A DNA stretch of 64,000 nucleotides from Candidatus Nanoarchaeia archaeon. GTDB taxonomy: Bacteria > Patescibacteriota > Microgenomatia > Woykebacterales > RBG-16-39-9b. Shown piece after piece: positions 29,626-39,452 of the stretch (its first letter is position 1; every line of letters starts with the position of its first letter). The notes under the pieces are model-generated. The model did not search any database. It saw nothing but the letters and a program-made list of their open reading frames with translations, and was not told the origin of the DNA. The DNA lies in the NCBI GenBank assembly GCA_036514715.1, contig DATBWR010000001.1, forward strand, positions 8,644 to 72,643. The letters are read 5' to 3'. The position numbers and the translations under genes were made by a program.

Positions 29626-32139
29626 ATGACCTACTCTCTCCTGCCGCCTCCTCCCCGGCACACGAGCCGCTTACTTCACCGACGGGCCTCAAAGAGACGA
29701 AAGCTAAAAATCTTGGGAGCTTTAGTAACCGCTGGCTTTATCTTTTTTGTTGTCTCCATCATTGGAGTAGCCATTGCCTTTGGCTATTTTGCGCGTGATC
29801 TACCCTCACCAAGCAAGCTTACTGACCGAAATACTAACCAAACTACTAAAATTTTCGACCGCAACGGAAAGTTGCTCTATAACGTTTACGGGGAACAAAA
29901 CCGTACTCTAGTTCCTTTAGATAAAATTCCCGTAAGTTTGCGTAAAGCTACGATCGCTATTGAGGATAAAAATTTCTACAAGCATCAGGGTTTAGATTTG
30001 ACAGGTATAGTTAGGTCTGCTCGGGAGATTGTGGTTGAGAAGCAGCTTCAAGGTGGATCAACTATCACCCAACAGCTGGTTAAGAAAGCTCTTCTAAGTG
30101 ACGAGAGAACAATAACGCGGAAAATAAAGGAGCTGATACTTTCCGTTCAAATTGAGCGCCGTTACACTAAAGACGAAATTCTGCAAATGTATTTAAACGA
30201 GATCCCCTACGGTGGTACTGCCTGGGGTGTGGAAGCAGCTGCGGTGCAGTATTTTGGTAAACACGTCTGGGAACTTAATTTGACTGAGTCAGCGGTCTTG
30301 GCAGGGCTTCCCCAACAACCTTCAGTCTACTCACCTTTTGGCTCTGATCCCAAAGCTTATATTGCCCGAACTACCAACGTACTAAGAAGGATGCGAGAAG
30401 ACAGTTACATCAAAAAAGAGGACGAAGAAAAAGCCCTTAAGGAGCTTCCTGAATTAAAATTTGCTGCTTTTGGTGAAGGTATTAAGGCGCCTCATTTTTC
30501 AATTTATATTAAAAAATTGCTTTCAGAAAAATACGGGGAGCAGAAGGTTTTGCAAGGTGGTCTGCAAGTAACCACCTCACTTGATCTTGATGTCCAAAAT
30601 ATGGTTCAAGAAGTGGTGGCCAAACAAATTAACTCCGAGCAAAACCGCAACTTAAGAGTTAGTAACGGTGCAGTCGTTGTAGAAGACACCAAAACCGGTG
30701 AAGTTTTGGCACTGGTAGGCTCAAAAGACTATTTTGCCACTGATATTCCAGGCAATTTTGATGTTGCTACTCAAGGGGTAAGACAACCGGGATCTGCCTT
30801 GAAACCCTTTAACTATCTGACTGGTTTAAAAGAAGGCTACACCCCCTCAACGATGTGGCTTGATTATAAGACTGACTTTGGTAACAACTATAAACCAGGC
30901 AATTACGATGATAAGGAACATGGTCCTCTGCAAACCCGCTACACTTTGGCCAACTCTTACAATATCCCGGCGGTTAAACACCTGGCGGTTGTTGGCCTAA
31001 CCGACATGATCGACACTCTTAAAGATTTTGGTATTACCACTTTGAACGAGCCAGATAAGTATGGCCTTTCCCTCACCCTTGGAGGTGGTGCAATTAAGCT
31101 CTATGAGCTAACTAACGCTTATGCCATTTTAGGTAATGGTGGTAAGGAAGTTGAGCCAAACCCAATTTTAAAGGTTACTGACTCAAGCGGCAAAGTACTT
31201 TTTGAATATAAGCCAAAAGACGGCCCGCAAGTTGCCCCACCTCAAAAAGTTTATTTAATTAACAATATTCTCTCTGATAAAACCGCTAAGTACGCTGCTT
31301 ACGGCACTTTTTGGGCCAACCGTTTAAACTTTCGCGAGGATATTGGCGTCAAGACCGGTACTTCGGAAAACAAAACCGATAACTGGACTTTTGGTTACAC
31401 TCCTAGTTTTACAGTTGGGACTTGGGTTGGTAACAACGATAATAGCCCCATGCACCCAGCCCTTTCTTCTGGAGTTACTGGTGCGGCACCAATCTTTCGA
31501 GAAGTTATGGAAAATCTTTTGAAGGGCAAACCAGTTAACAAGTTTGAGAAGCCGGACGGGATCGTGAGTGTGGAGGTAGACAGTAAGACTGGTCAGAAAG
31601 CCAGTGAATATACGGGCGATAAGCGCACCGAACTTTTTGAAAAGAATAATTTACCACCGGAAAATGATATGTACGTCAAGGTTAGGGTTTGTAAACCCAC
31701 TGGGTTGTTGGCCAGTGAGGCTTGTGAGTCAGCTGGCCAAGCAGAAGAGCGAGTTTACTTAGTAATGTACGATCCCTACACTAAGCAGTTTGAGGTTGGC
31801 AAGACAATGTGTGAGCCTTGTCCACCTACCACTTACGACACCACGGTTTTTAGCCCACCAGATAAACCGGTGGTAAATTTAGAATTTGACAACTGGGTCG
31901 GTGGTGCTACGAGGAAACTTACAGTCAAGGCAACTGTTACCGGTACGTCTCACGATATTGTCAACGTTAAATTCACTATTAATACAGTTCCACCACAAGA
32001 CAAAACTGACCCCTCAGATCCGTACAAGGCTGATTTCACTGTTCCATTAAACGGGATATACAATGTAACTGCTCAAGCCACAGATGAAGCCGGCAATTTT
32101 GGAGAAGATACTCTTCCGGTTACCATCCCCCCACCTTAA
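29626..32139 (+). CDS. class A penicillin-binding protein (PBP1A) with Cys-rich and Ig-like C-terminal extension
   Basis: IEDKNFY, GGSTITQQLVK, QPGSALK (SxxK), SYN, KTGT. Confidence 0.93.
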   Translation: MTYSLLPPPPRHTSRLLHRRASKRRKLKILGALVTAGFIFFVVSIIGVAIAFGYFARDLPSPSKLTDRNTNQTTKIFDRNGKLLYNVYGEQNRTLVPLDKIPVSLRKATIAIEDKNFYKHQGLDLTGIVRSAREIVVEKQLQGGSTITQQLVKKALLSDERTITRKIKELILSVQIERRYTKDEILQMYLNEIPYGGTAWGVEAAAVQYFGKHVWELNLTESAVLAGLPQQPSVYSPFGSDPKAYIARTTNVLRRMREDSYIKKEDEEKALKELPELKFAAFGEGIKAPHFSIYIKKLLSEKYGEQKVLQGGLQVTTSLDLDVQNMVQEVVAKQINSEQNRNLRVSNGAVVVEDTKTGEVLALVGSKDYFATDIPGNFDVATQGVRQPGSALKPFNYLTGLKEGYTPSTMWLDYKTDFGNNYKPGNYDDKEHGPLQTRYTLANSYNIPAVKHLAVVGLTDMIDTLKDFGITTLNEPDKYGLSLTLGGGAIKLYELTNAYAILGNGGKEVEPNPILKVTDSSGKVLFEYKPKDGPQVAPPQKVYLINNILSDKTAKYAAYGTFWANRLNFREDIGVKTGTSENKTDNWTFGYTPSFTVGTWVGNNDNSPMHPALSSGVTGAAPIFREVMENLLKGKPVNKFEKPDGIVSVEVDSKTGQKASEYTGDKRTELFEKNNLPPENDMYVKVRVCKPTGLLASEACESAGQAEERVYLVMYDPYTKQFEVGKTMCEPCPPTTYDTTVFSPPDKPVVNLEFDNWVGGATRKLTVKATVTGTSHDIVNVKFTINTVPPQDKTDPSDPYKADFTVPLNGIYNVTAQATDEAGNFGEDTLPVTIPPP

Positions 32140-32216
32140 GCTAGTTTGTTTGCTTGAATTCCAAATGTAAGTATGTTAGAAGTACCTTGACTAGCTGGTT
32201 AAGAAGGGAGAGTCAA

Positions 32217-32453
32217 GTGCACGAGATCCAGGAGAAAAAGCTTCGCGAGTTCATTCATAGAATGAGAGCACTGACTACTGGCCGTGCTCTCATCTCCAAC
32301 GGACCTAAGGAGACTGTTCGACTGATTTGTGAGCTCTGGTACGATGAGAACTTCGACGGTATTCCGCCCATCAAGAAGCAGGAGGTTCTCTTGGAGTGCC
32401 TCGATCTGAAAGGAGAAGTTCTTGAACCTCAACTATACCTCGCCGCGGTTTGA
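32217..32453 (+). CDS. small hypothetical protein
   Basis: AAGGGAG SD before in-frame GTG 32217; terminator follows. Confidence 0.55.
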   Translation: MHEIQEKKLREFIHRMRALTTGRALISNGPKETVRLICELWYDENFDGIPPIKKQEVLLECLDLKGEVLEPQLYLAAV

Positions 32454-32495
32454 GGCATGAGCTTCCGTCGGGAAATTAGTAACCAGCAGTCGCCA

Positions 32496-32532
32496 TAAAG
32501 CCGTTTTTATCGCTTTGATAGAGACGGCTTTA
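32496..32532. terminator. bidirectional terminator between convergent genes
   Basis: TAAAGCCGTTTTTATC / GATAGAGACGGCTTTA inverted repeat. Confidence 0.65.
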
Positions 32533-34485
32533 ATCCTTGCGTACACCAGCTCCTAGTTTCTGTAGAGTTTTTTCTATTTTCTTTCTCGCGGTAGACACTT
32601 CATGTTCAGTTAAAGTTTTGTTAGGGTCTTGGTAGTGAATTCGCAGGGTGACAGACTGTTTGCCTGATTTTACGAAAGCGTCGAAGAGTTCAACATGGAA
32701 AACTAGGCGGTCGCAACTTTTAATTGCCTCAGTAATTTCTACAAGCCTAAACTTTGGAGGCAAAAAAAGTGAAATATCTTCAATCACTGGTGGAAATTTG
32801 GGTTTTGGAGTGTATTTTTCTGATAGTGAGACCGCTTGTAAATAGTCGAGATTAAGCCACCCAAAAACCGCGTTTTTAGGTAGTTTGCTAACTTTGGCGA
32901 CTACGTTACTATTATTAGTGTACTCTACCCCACTTTCCCAAAGACGGCCGCCTTCAATGATTTTTTCCTTTATACTTAGTTCAAATAAGGACAGTAGCCT
33001 CTCAACGACTCCTTTAACTTCACGATAGGAATTAGTGGAGATTAAACCGAGGGCCAGTTTCTGGCTCGGTAAATTAGTAGAGGGATCAATTGCAGTGGAA
33101 AACTCCTTGCCGATTTCAAAGAAATTAAGATGAGTTCTACTGGAGTTGGTTTCAAGAGCTTTAACTAAGTTAATCAATAAAGTTGGCCGCAAGTATTCAA
33201 AGTCACTGCTGGTTGGATGCAGGACTTTAAGGGTGTTTTCAGGATCAATTGAAAAATCTGTTAGATCTTTTTCTGAGACTAAGGTATAGCCAGTAGCTTC
33301 AGTGAAACCGGCCCGCAACAAATTTTCCCGCAACAGGCTTTCGATATCAGGTTCAAAGACTTCTTTTTGCAGTGGTATATCACCACTCGGTAGAGTTTTT
33401 GGGAAGTTGTTGTAGCCAAAGGTGCGGCCAATTTCCTCTAAAATATCTTCAGGGATAATGATATCAGTTCGGTGTGCGGGAACACTTACTGACAAACTCT
33501 CTTCGTGCAAGGGAGACGCTTGCAGCCGAAAACCCAAAGGAGTAAGTAAGTTAATAAGATCTTCAGTTGACAGTGTAATACCTAGCACCTCTTTGACTAA
33601 AGAGAGGTTAAATTCTAAAGTTTTGGGCAAGATGATAGCTCCGAAACTAGTGATTTGGCTTGTAAGACGCGCATTAGCGTTTTCAATTAGTAATTTGACC
33701 GCGCGTCGGGCCGCGGTTGGGTGCATGGTAGGATCAAGTTTCTTTTCAAAACGGTTTGAAGCCTCAGTTCTAAGGTTAGTGAAAAGAGAGGCCTTACGAA
33801 TGGCTACAGGGTCGTAGAGGGGCACTAAAAGCAAGATTTCTTTAGTGTTTTCATCAACTTCACTGTTCTCCCCGCCCATCAGACCAGCCAGGTCCACCAG
33901 TTTTTCACTATCTTCAATAATAATTGCCCCTTCAGGCAATTCTCGCTGAATACTGTCTAAAGTAGTTACCTTCTCACCTTTTTTAGCTCCCCGCAAAGTG
34001 AGGTTAACGACAATTTTGCCCGTGTCAAAAGCGTGCATTGGTTGCCCTAGTTCAAGCATAACAAAGTTGGTAACATCGACCACGTTGTTAATTGACCGCA
34101 CGCCGGCAGCTACCAAATAGTCCTTCATCCAGTCCGGTGATTCTTTGACAAAAACACCTCCTAAAGCCACTACGCTATAGGCAGGACAGAGTTTTTTGTC
34201 AGAGATTTTAAGTGCCAAAGGTTTTCTGGAAGGCTCGGCAGCTATAAGGTCAGCATCTGGTTCTTTTAAGTCTTCGCCGAGTAAGGCGGCTACCTCTCGG
34301 GCGACACCATAAATTGATAGAGTATCAGGCCGATTAGGGGTAATTTCTAAATTTAAGACTGTTTCACCATTAATTTTAGAAATTTCCTCCACTTTTGTTC
34401 CGGAAAAGAGTAGTTTTTCAGCCAATTTTTCTGGGCGAACGGAAATCCTAACAAATTCTTCTAACCAGGAAAGTGGGACTAACAT
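32530..34485 (-). CDS. pheT: phenylalanine--tRNA ligase beta subunit (lacks B2 OB domain)
   Basis: ITPNRPD, INNVVDVTNFVMLELGQPMHAFD, EDILEEIGR, FDX-ACB C-terminus. Confidence 0.94.
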   Translation of the reverse strand: MLVPLSWLEEFVRISVRPEKLAEKLLFSGTKVEEISKINGETVLNLEITPNRPDTLSIYGVAREVAALLGEDLKEPDADLIAAEPSRKPLALKISDKKLCPAYSVVALGGVFVKESPDWMKDYLVAAGVRSINNVVDVTNFVMLELGQPMHAFDTGKIVVNLTLRGAKKGEKVTTLDSIQRELPEGAIIIEDSEKLVDLAGLMGGENSEVDENTKEILLLVPLYDPVAIRKASLFTNLRTEASNRFEKKLDPTMHPTAARRAVKLLIENANARLTSQITSFGAIILPKTLEFNLSLVKEVLGITLSTEDLINLLTPLGFRLQASPLHEESLSVSVPAHRTDIIIPEDILEEIGRTFGYNNFPKTLPSGDIPLQKEVFEPDIESLLRENLLRAGFTEATGYTLVSEKDLTDFSIDPENTLKVLHPTSSDFEYLRPTLLINLVKALETNSSRTHLNFFEIGKEFSTAIDPSTNLPSQKLALGLISTNSYREVKGVVERLLSLFELSIKEKIIEGGRLWESGVEYTNNSNVVAKVSKLPKNAVFGWLNLDYLQAVSLSEKYTPKPKFPPVIEDISLFLPPKFRLVEITEAIKSCDRLVFHVELFDAFVKSGKQSVTLRIHYQDPNKTLTEHEVSTARKKIEKTLQKLGAGVRKD

Positions 34486-35493
34486 TTAGAATTGCTCCAA
34501 AAAAGTAAGATCGTTTGAATAAAAAAGTCTGATGTCGCCTATTCCGTATTTAAGCATCGCAATTCGTTCCGGTCCCATGCCAAAAGCCCAACCGCGATAA
34601 ACTTTTGGATCAATACGACAATTTTTAAGAACTTCTGGGTGCACCATTCCCGCACCCATAATCTCTAACCACCTACCGCTAGAGTGCAGAACTTCAACCT
34701 CAATTGATGGTTCGGTGTAGGGAAAGTGGTGACCGTAAACCCTAATTTTAGTTTTCTTTCCAAACATTTTTTTAGCAAAAAAATCAATTACTCCGATTAG
34801 ATCAGACATAGTGGTCTTCTTATCTACTAGAAGTCCTTCCACTTGGTAAAAACTCGGTAAATGAGTAGCATCAATTTGTTCTCGACGGTAAACCCTTCCC
34901 GGGAAAAGCATGCGTAGGGGTGGTTTGTGGTTTTCCATGTAGCGGATTTGCATGTTTGAGGTCTGGGTTCGCAGCAGAGTCTCCTCGGTTAGATAATAAG
35001 TTTGTTGGGTATCCCGCGCCGGGTGATCTTTGTGTAGACGAAGTTTTTGGAAGTTGTATAAATCAAACTCAACCTCGGGCCCGTCCTGCCAGCCAAAACC
35101 CAAGTAATGAAAAATTTCCTTTATCTCGTTAATAACTTTAATGGTCGGATGTTCATGTCCGACTTGCGGTTTAATTCCAGGGACGGTTGGATCGTCAACG
35201 TCTACTGAAGAGACTGTTTTAGCCTTAGAAACCTTAGGAGTCCCCTCTAAAGAAGCTGACTTTTCTTCAATTGAACTTTCAGCCTCTTGCTTTAAGGAAT
35301 TTAAACTGGGAACCAAAGCTTTCTTATCTTTTAACGAAAGTTTGGGAATTTCTTTGAAAAGATTAGTAATTATCCCCTGCCTACGTCCTAAATATTTAAT
35401 TCTCACTGTTTCCAATTCTTCGCTGGAGTTAGAGTTGGAAACCTCTTTTGCTAGAGACCTTAAAAGGTCATTTATTTGTTTGCTTGAAATCAT
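34486..35493 (-). CDS. pheS: phenylalanine--tRNA ligase alpha subunit
   Basis: GHEHP, HPARDTQ, LLRTQTS, GRVYR, FPYTEPS, AFGMGPER. Confidence 0.96.
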   Translation of the reverse strand: MISSKQINDLLRSLAKEVSNSNSSEELETVRIKYLGRRQGIITNLFKEIPKLSLKDKKALVPSLNSLKQEAESSIEEKSASLEGTPKVSKAKTVSSVDVDDPTVPGIKPQVGHEHPTIKVINEIKEIFHYLGFGWQDGPEVEFDLYNFQKLRLHKDHPARDTQQTYYLTEETLLRTQTSNMQIRYMENHKPPLRMLFPGRVYRREQIDATHLPSFYQVEGLLVDKKTTMSDLIGVIDFFAKKMFGKKTKIRVYGHHFPYTEPSIEVEVLHSSGRWLEIMGAGMVHPEVLKNCRIDPKVYRGWAFGMGPERIAMLKYGIGDIRLFYSNDLTFLEQF

Positions 35494-35724
35494 TGACTGT
35501 AATAATAGCTAATTGGGAGTTTTATGTCTAGAAACGACGCGTGGACCAACTTCGTCACTGTTTTGCTTCAAAAACGAAAATATACTTCGGCGAAGACTAT
35601 TTGCCGTAAGAACAAAAATATCGACCAAGATGTAGTTTCTGAGAAACTTGAAAAATTTGCGTTACGGTCGAAGACAGCGAAGCTAGCGCAGAGCGCGAAG
35701 CGATCTATATTTTGTCTTAAGAAA

Positions 35725-35829
35725 GCCAAAATCGGTCTCAGAATGGGAAGCTTACGCCTGCCCTACATAAGCTTCCCACCCTAAAACCGATTATGAGGCT
35801 ATATTACCACAAATTTACCCCTTTGTCAA
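35725..35829 (-). ncRNA. promoter-driven ~65-70 nt long-hairpin RNA candidate
   Basis: TTGACA-17-TAATAT (35829-35801) immediately followed by a ~27-bp hairpin and a U-rich tail. Confidence 0.45.
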
Positions 35830-35915
35830 GACTATGGGGCTAGGCTCCACTTTACTATAAGTTTGGGTCAAAATTATAGTACAAGCAAGCTACTAATTAT
35901 ACCTGCTTTAACAGC

Positions 35916-36251
35916 CTATTTTGTAATTAATTTGGAGAAAGTTTGAGGGTCGTTTTGAGCAATATCTGCTAGAATTTTACGGTCAAGTTGGATGTTACGG
36001 GCTTTCAATGAGGCTATAAAGTCTTTGTAAGATAGTTTATCTCCTAGCGCGGCGTTGATTTTAGTTATCCAGAGAGCTCTTGCCTGCTGTTTTCTCTGTT
36101 TTCGACCAGCGTAAGCGTAGCTACCCGCGTGCATAACTGCTTCTTTGGCAGTACGGACTAACTTGCTGCGTGCTCCAAAATAACCACGAGCCTCTTTGAG
36201 AACTTTTTTATGTTTGGCAACTTTGGTGATACCCTTTTTTACTCTGGTCAT
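35916..36251 (-). CDS. rplT: 50S ribosomal protein L20
   Basis: MTRVK, ARGYFGARS, LWITKINAA, LDRKILADIA. Confidence 0.96.
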   Translation of the reverse strand: MTRVKKGITKVAKHKKVLKEARGYFGARSKLVRTAKEAVMHAGSYAYAGRKQRKQQARALWITKINAALGDKLSYKDFIASLKARNIQLDRKILADIAQNDPQTFSKLITK

Positions 36252-36252
36252 C

Positions 36253-36438
36253 TTACTTTCCCATTAATCTTTTAATCGTTCGCTCGTCACTTGTTGAAAC
36301 CAATCTCGGCTCTTTTTGAGCACGCAAACGTCGGGAACTTTTGTGTTCTTTAAGATGTGAGCTCAAACCGCCTTTATGCAAAAGTTTACCGCTTGCGGTG
36401 AGTGTAAAACGTTTTCTAACTGCTTTCTTGGTTTTCAT
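36253..36438 (-). CDS. rpmI: 50S ribosomal protein L35
   Basis: MKTKKAVRKRFTLTASGK; start at ATG 36438. Confidence 0.9.
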   Translation of the reverse strand: MKTKKAVRKRFTLTASGKLLHKGGLSSHLKEHKSSRRLRAQKEPRLVSTSDERTIKRLMGK

Positions 36439-36447
36439 ATCTTTGGG

Positions 36448-36532
36448 GGGTCCTGTCGCAGTATTCCCTCCCACCAGTGCTCATTATGATTGCGCGCTTG
36501 TCGCGAGAGCCCTTCTTCCTGCGCCACCCGCT
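36448..36532 (-). repeat. ~85-nt structured intergenic element, copy 1
   Basis: Highly similar to 45085-45171; fills the infC-rpmI gap. Confidence 0.8.
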
Positions 36533-37051
36533 TTAATGTTTTTTAACCGGGTTAAAAGACAAACTTAAGTTTCTCCCCAGGAACCTGGGTTCCCCATCAG
36601 AAATCCCTATTTCAGTTAACCTCTCTTGGGCTTTCTTTAAAACTTCAAATCCAAATTCAGGGTGCGCCATTTCCCGACCGGAAAATTTAACCGTAAGCTT
36701 AACTCGATCCTGATCTGTCAAAAACTCAGCTGCTCTTTTGAGCCGAGTTTCCAAATCGTGGTTACTTATCAGGGGACCTAGCCAAATTTCCTTAGTCTCG
36801 GTCTCGTGAGTTTTCCTCTTTGCAACCCGTTCTTTCTTATCTTCCTCGTATTTAAACTTTTTAAAATCGACTATTTTTACAACTGGAGGTTTAGCTGTTG
36901 GTGAAATTTCCACTAAGTCAAAACCCTGCTTTCGTGCTTGTTCGATAGCTTCTGCGATTTTCATGACTCCTACTTGTTTATTGTCCGTACCAATTACTCG
37001 GACCTCTTCTGCACGGATACCATTATTTAGTCGGTAAAATTTTCCTATAAT
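36533..37051 (-). CDS. infC: translation initiation factor IF-3 (non-AUG start)
   Basis: Frame open upstream of ATG 36964 (RLNNGIRAEEVRVIG) to ATT 37051/ATA 37048 after a GGAG SD; DLVEISP..KPPV, FSGRE. Confidence 0.93.
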   Translation of the reverse strand: MIGKFYRLNNGIRAEEVRVIGTDNKQVGVMKIAEAIEQARKQGFDLVEISPTAKPPVVKIVDFKKFKYEEDKKERVAKRKTHETETKEIWLGPLISNHDLETRLKRAAEFLTDQDRVKLTVKFSGREMAHPEFGFEVLKKAQERLTEIGISDGEPRFLGRNLSLSFNPVKKH

Positions 37052-37656
37052 TAGTCTCCTTTTTCCAAAACTTCTGCAATCATTTCTTTCTTAATATTAC
37101 CCTCGCGAATAACTTGATAAGGCTCTTTCGTATTATTATTAAAAGTCATGATTGTCGAAGGCTTCTGACCTTCGGGAACAAGTTCGACAACGTAGTCTAC
37201 CAGCTTCACTAGGTTTTTGTCAATTTCGGTTGGTTTAGTTGGTGATAGCTTATCCTTAAAATTAGCTGAGGGAGCTAAAATAGGCACTTTAACCATCTGT
37301 AAAAGTTCTAAGACCCACTTGCTGCCGGGAACTCTCATGCCAAGGCTTCTTTGAGGCCCTAAGATCATCTCAGGAACGTCTTTTGTACAAGGTAGACAAA
37401 GAGTAAGGGGTCCTGGCCAAAAAGCTTTAGCGAGCTTTCTAGCTGTCCTGTTGAAGCTAACGTACTCCTGCGCGACTTGAAGAGATGGTACAAGAGCTGA
37501 GGTTGGCTGGTTTTGGTCTCGTTGTTTTATCTTGTAAAGCTTTTCAATTGATTTTGGGAAGCTGATAAGGCAGCCAACAGCGTAGACAGTTTCGGTTGGG
37601 TAAATAACGATGCCACCAGCCTTGAGAACTTCGACTGCTCTTTCAAGGGAGTCCAT
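37051..37656 (-). CDS. tsaC: threonylcarbamoyl-AMP synthase (TsaC/Sua5/YrdC)
   Basis: YPTETVYA, IKQR, FWPGPLT, APSAN. Confidence 0.92.
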   Translation of the reverse strand: MDSLERAVEVLKAGGIVIYPTETVYAVGCLISFPKSIEKLYKIKQRDQNQPTSALVPSLQVAQEYVSFNRTARKLAKAFWPGPLTLCLPCTKDVPEMILGPQRSLGMRVPGSKWVLELLQMVKVPILAPSANFKDKLSPTKPTEIDKNLVKLVDYVVELVPEGQKPSTIMTFNNNTKEPYQVIREGNIKKEMIAEVLEKGD

Positions 37657-39452
37657 TAGCTCTTTGGGTAATCCTCCAAAATCTTCTTCCCCAAGTCCCC
37701 TAGTTCCATTGCACCCAAATCCTGGCCATCACGGTTTCTGACCGATATCTTTTTCTGCGCTTGTTCCCGATCCCCGATGATTGCCATATAGGGAACTTTT
37801 TGTATCTGGGCATCGCGAATTTTCGCCTGCATTGTTTCGCTTTCGGATGAAATTTCCGCTCTGATTTTTTTGACTTGCAACCCCCCTAGAACTTCTTTTG
37901 AGTACTCTAGATGGCGGTCAGCAATGGGGATGATTTGGACTTGTACTGGGGAGAGCCAAACCGGCAAACTCCCCGCGTATTTTTCGATTAAAAAGGCGAT
38001 TGTTCTTTCTAAAGCTCCAATCGAAGAACGGTGGATAACCACGGGCTGTTCTTCTTTTCCTTTTTCGTTGATAAAAGTTAAACTAAATCTTTTTGGTTGT
38101 ACAAAGTCGTATTGAACAGTAAAAGCAGTTTCCTCTTTACCCAGCACGTTTTTCATTTGGATATCAATTTTTGGGCCGTAAAAAGCAGCTTCGTTTTCGG
38201 CTTCGTAAAAGGGCGCTTTGGTTTCGGTTAGAACTTCACGCAGAGTTTTTTCCGCTTGCCCCCAAGCCTTGTCATCTTTGTAATATTTCTTCTCGTCAGC
38301 TCGGTTTCCCAGGGATAGGCGGTAACGATAATCAGTGCCTTTTACCAAACCAAGAGTTTCATTGACATAGTCAATCAAGGAGAGAACTTCTTTAATCTCG
38401 TTTTTAACTTGATCACTCCGGCAAATAATATGTGCATCTGCCAGGGTAAAGGTTCTTAGCCTCATCAAGCCAGTAAGTTCTCCGCTTTTCTCATAGCGAA
38501 ATTGAGGCGAGATTTCGGCGATTTTAATTGGCAACTGTCGGTAGCTATGGATTTCTGCTTTGTAAAGCATAAAGTGGTGCGGGCAAGTCATCGGCCGTAA
38601 AATCAGTTCTTCCCCGTCAACTTTCATCGGCGGGTACATAGTCTCTTTGTAGTAGGGATAATGGCCAGAAGTACGGTACAAACCAACCTTGGCAAGAGAG
38701 GGTGTAACTACGTGCTGATACCCCCGGCGAATTTCTTCGTCAACAATAAAGCGTTCAAGTTCCCTACGAATAGTAGCGCCTTTAGCGGTTAGTAGAGGTA
38801 GGCCACTACCCACTTGTTCAGAAAAAACGAAAAGACCCAGATCCTTACCAATTTTGCGGTGGTCTCGTTTTTTAGCTTCTTCAAGACGTTCAAGATAAGC
38901 GTCAAGTTCTTTCTTGGTGGGCCAAACCGTGCCGTAAATTCGGGTCAGCATTGGGTTTTTCTCACTACCACGCCAATAAGCTCCTGCCAGCGACAAAAGT
39001 TTAAAATTCTTAAGTTCTTCTTCTGGGTTTTCTACGTGGCCTCCGCGGCATAAGTCCCAATAATTTCCCGATTTGTAAAAGGAAACTTTTTTATTACCTT
39101 TAGAAAATTCGTCAATTAATTCTTCTTTGTAGGGGTTGTTAGGGTATTGCTTCTTAGCTTCGCTGCTGGTGAGCTCATAATGCTCAAACTTTTTCCAAGA
39201 AGGCAAAATTTCAGCCATTTTAGCTTCAATTTTAGGTAGATCTTCCTCGGATAGGACATAATGAGCAGCTTCGCCGCTCGTTTTGCCTTTTCCTTTCTCA
39301 ACTGCGCCTCGAAAGTCAAAGTCATAATAGAAACCGTCTTCGATGGCTGGTCCGATAACTCTTTTAGTGGAGGGCCAAAGCTCCATCACTGCTGCAGCCA
39401 ATAAATGGGCAGCCGAGTGCCTAAGTGGGTCTAAGTTATTAGTTTCTTTCAT
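37656..39452 (-). CDS. thrS: threonine--tRNA ligase (no TGS domain)
   Basis: LRHSAAHL, DLCRGGH, RDHRKIG, LRPMTCPHH, AFYGPKID. Confidence 0.96.
   Translation of the reverse strand: MKETNNLDPLRHSAAHLLAAAVMELWPSTKRVIGPAIEDGFYYDFDFRGAVEKGKGKTSGEAAHYVLSEEDLPKIEAKMAEILPSWKKFEHYELTSSEAKKQYPNNPYKEELIDEFSKGNKKVSFYKSGNYWDLCRGGHVENPEEELKNFKLLSLAGAYWRGSEKNPMLTRIYGTVWPTKKELDAYLERLEEAKKRDHRKIGKDLGLFVFSEQVGSGLPLLTAKGATIRRELERFIVDEEIRRGYQHVVTPSLAKVGLYRTSGHYPYYKETMYPPMKVDGEELILRPMTCPHHFMLYKAEIHSYRQLPIKIAEISPQFRYEKSGELTGLMRLRTFTLADAHIICRSDQVKNEIKEVLSLIDYVNETLGLVKGTDYRYRLSLGNRADEKKYYKDDKAWGQAEKTLREVLTETKAPFYEAENEAAFYGPKIDIQMKNVLGKEETAFTVQYDFVQPKRFSLTFINEKGKEEQPVVIHRSSIGALERTIAFLIEKYAGSLPVWLSPVQVQIIPIADRHLEYSKEVLGGLQVKKIRAEISSESETMQAKIRDAQIQKVPYMAIIGDREQAQKKISVRNRDGQDLGAMELGDLGKKILEDYPKS

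Noticed and set aside
35524-35784. 86-aa plus-strand ORF as a gene
   Set aside because: C-terminal half is made of palindromic repeats and the long hairpin; no recognisable motif. Not called, though a GGGAG SD is present.
35494-35830. T-box leader for pheS
   Set aside because: No TGGNACC T-box or specifier stem found; pheS has its own promoter next to the start.
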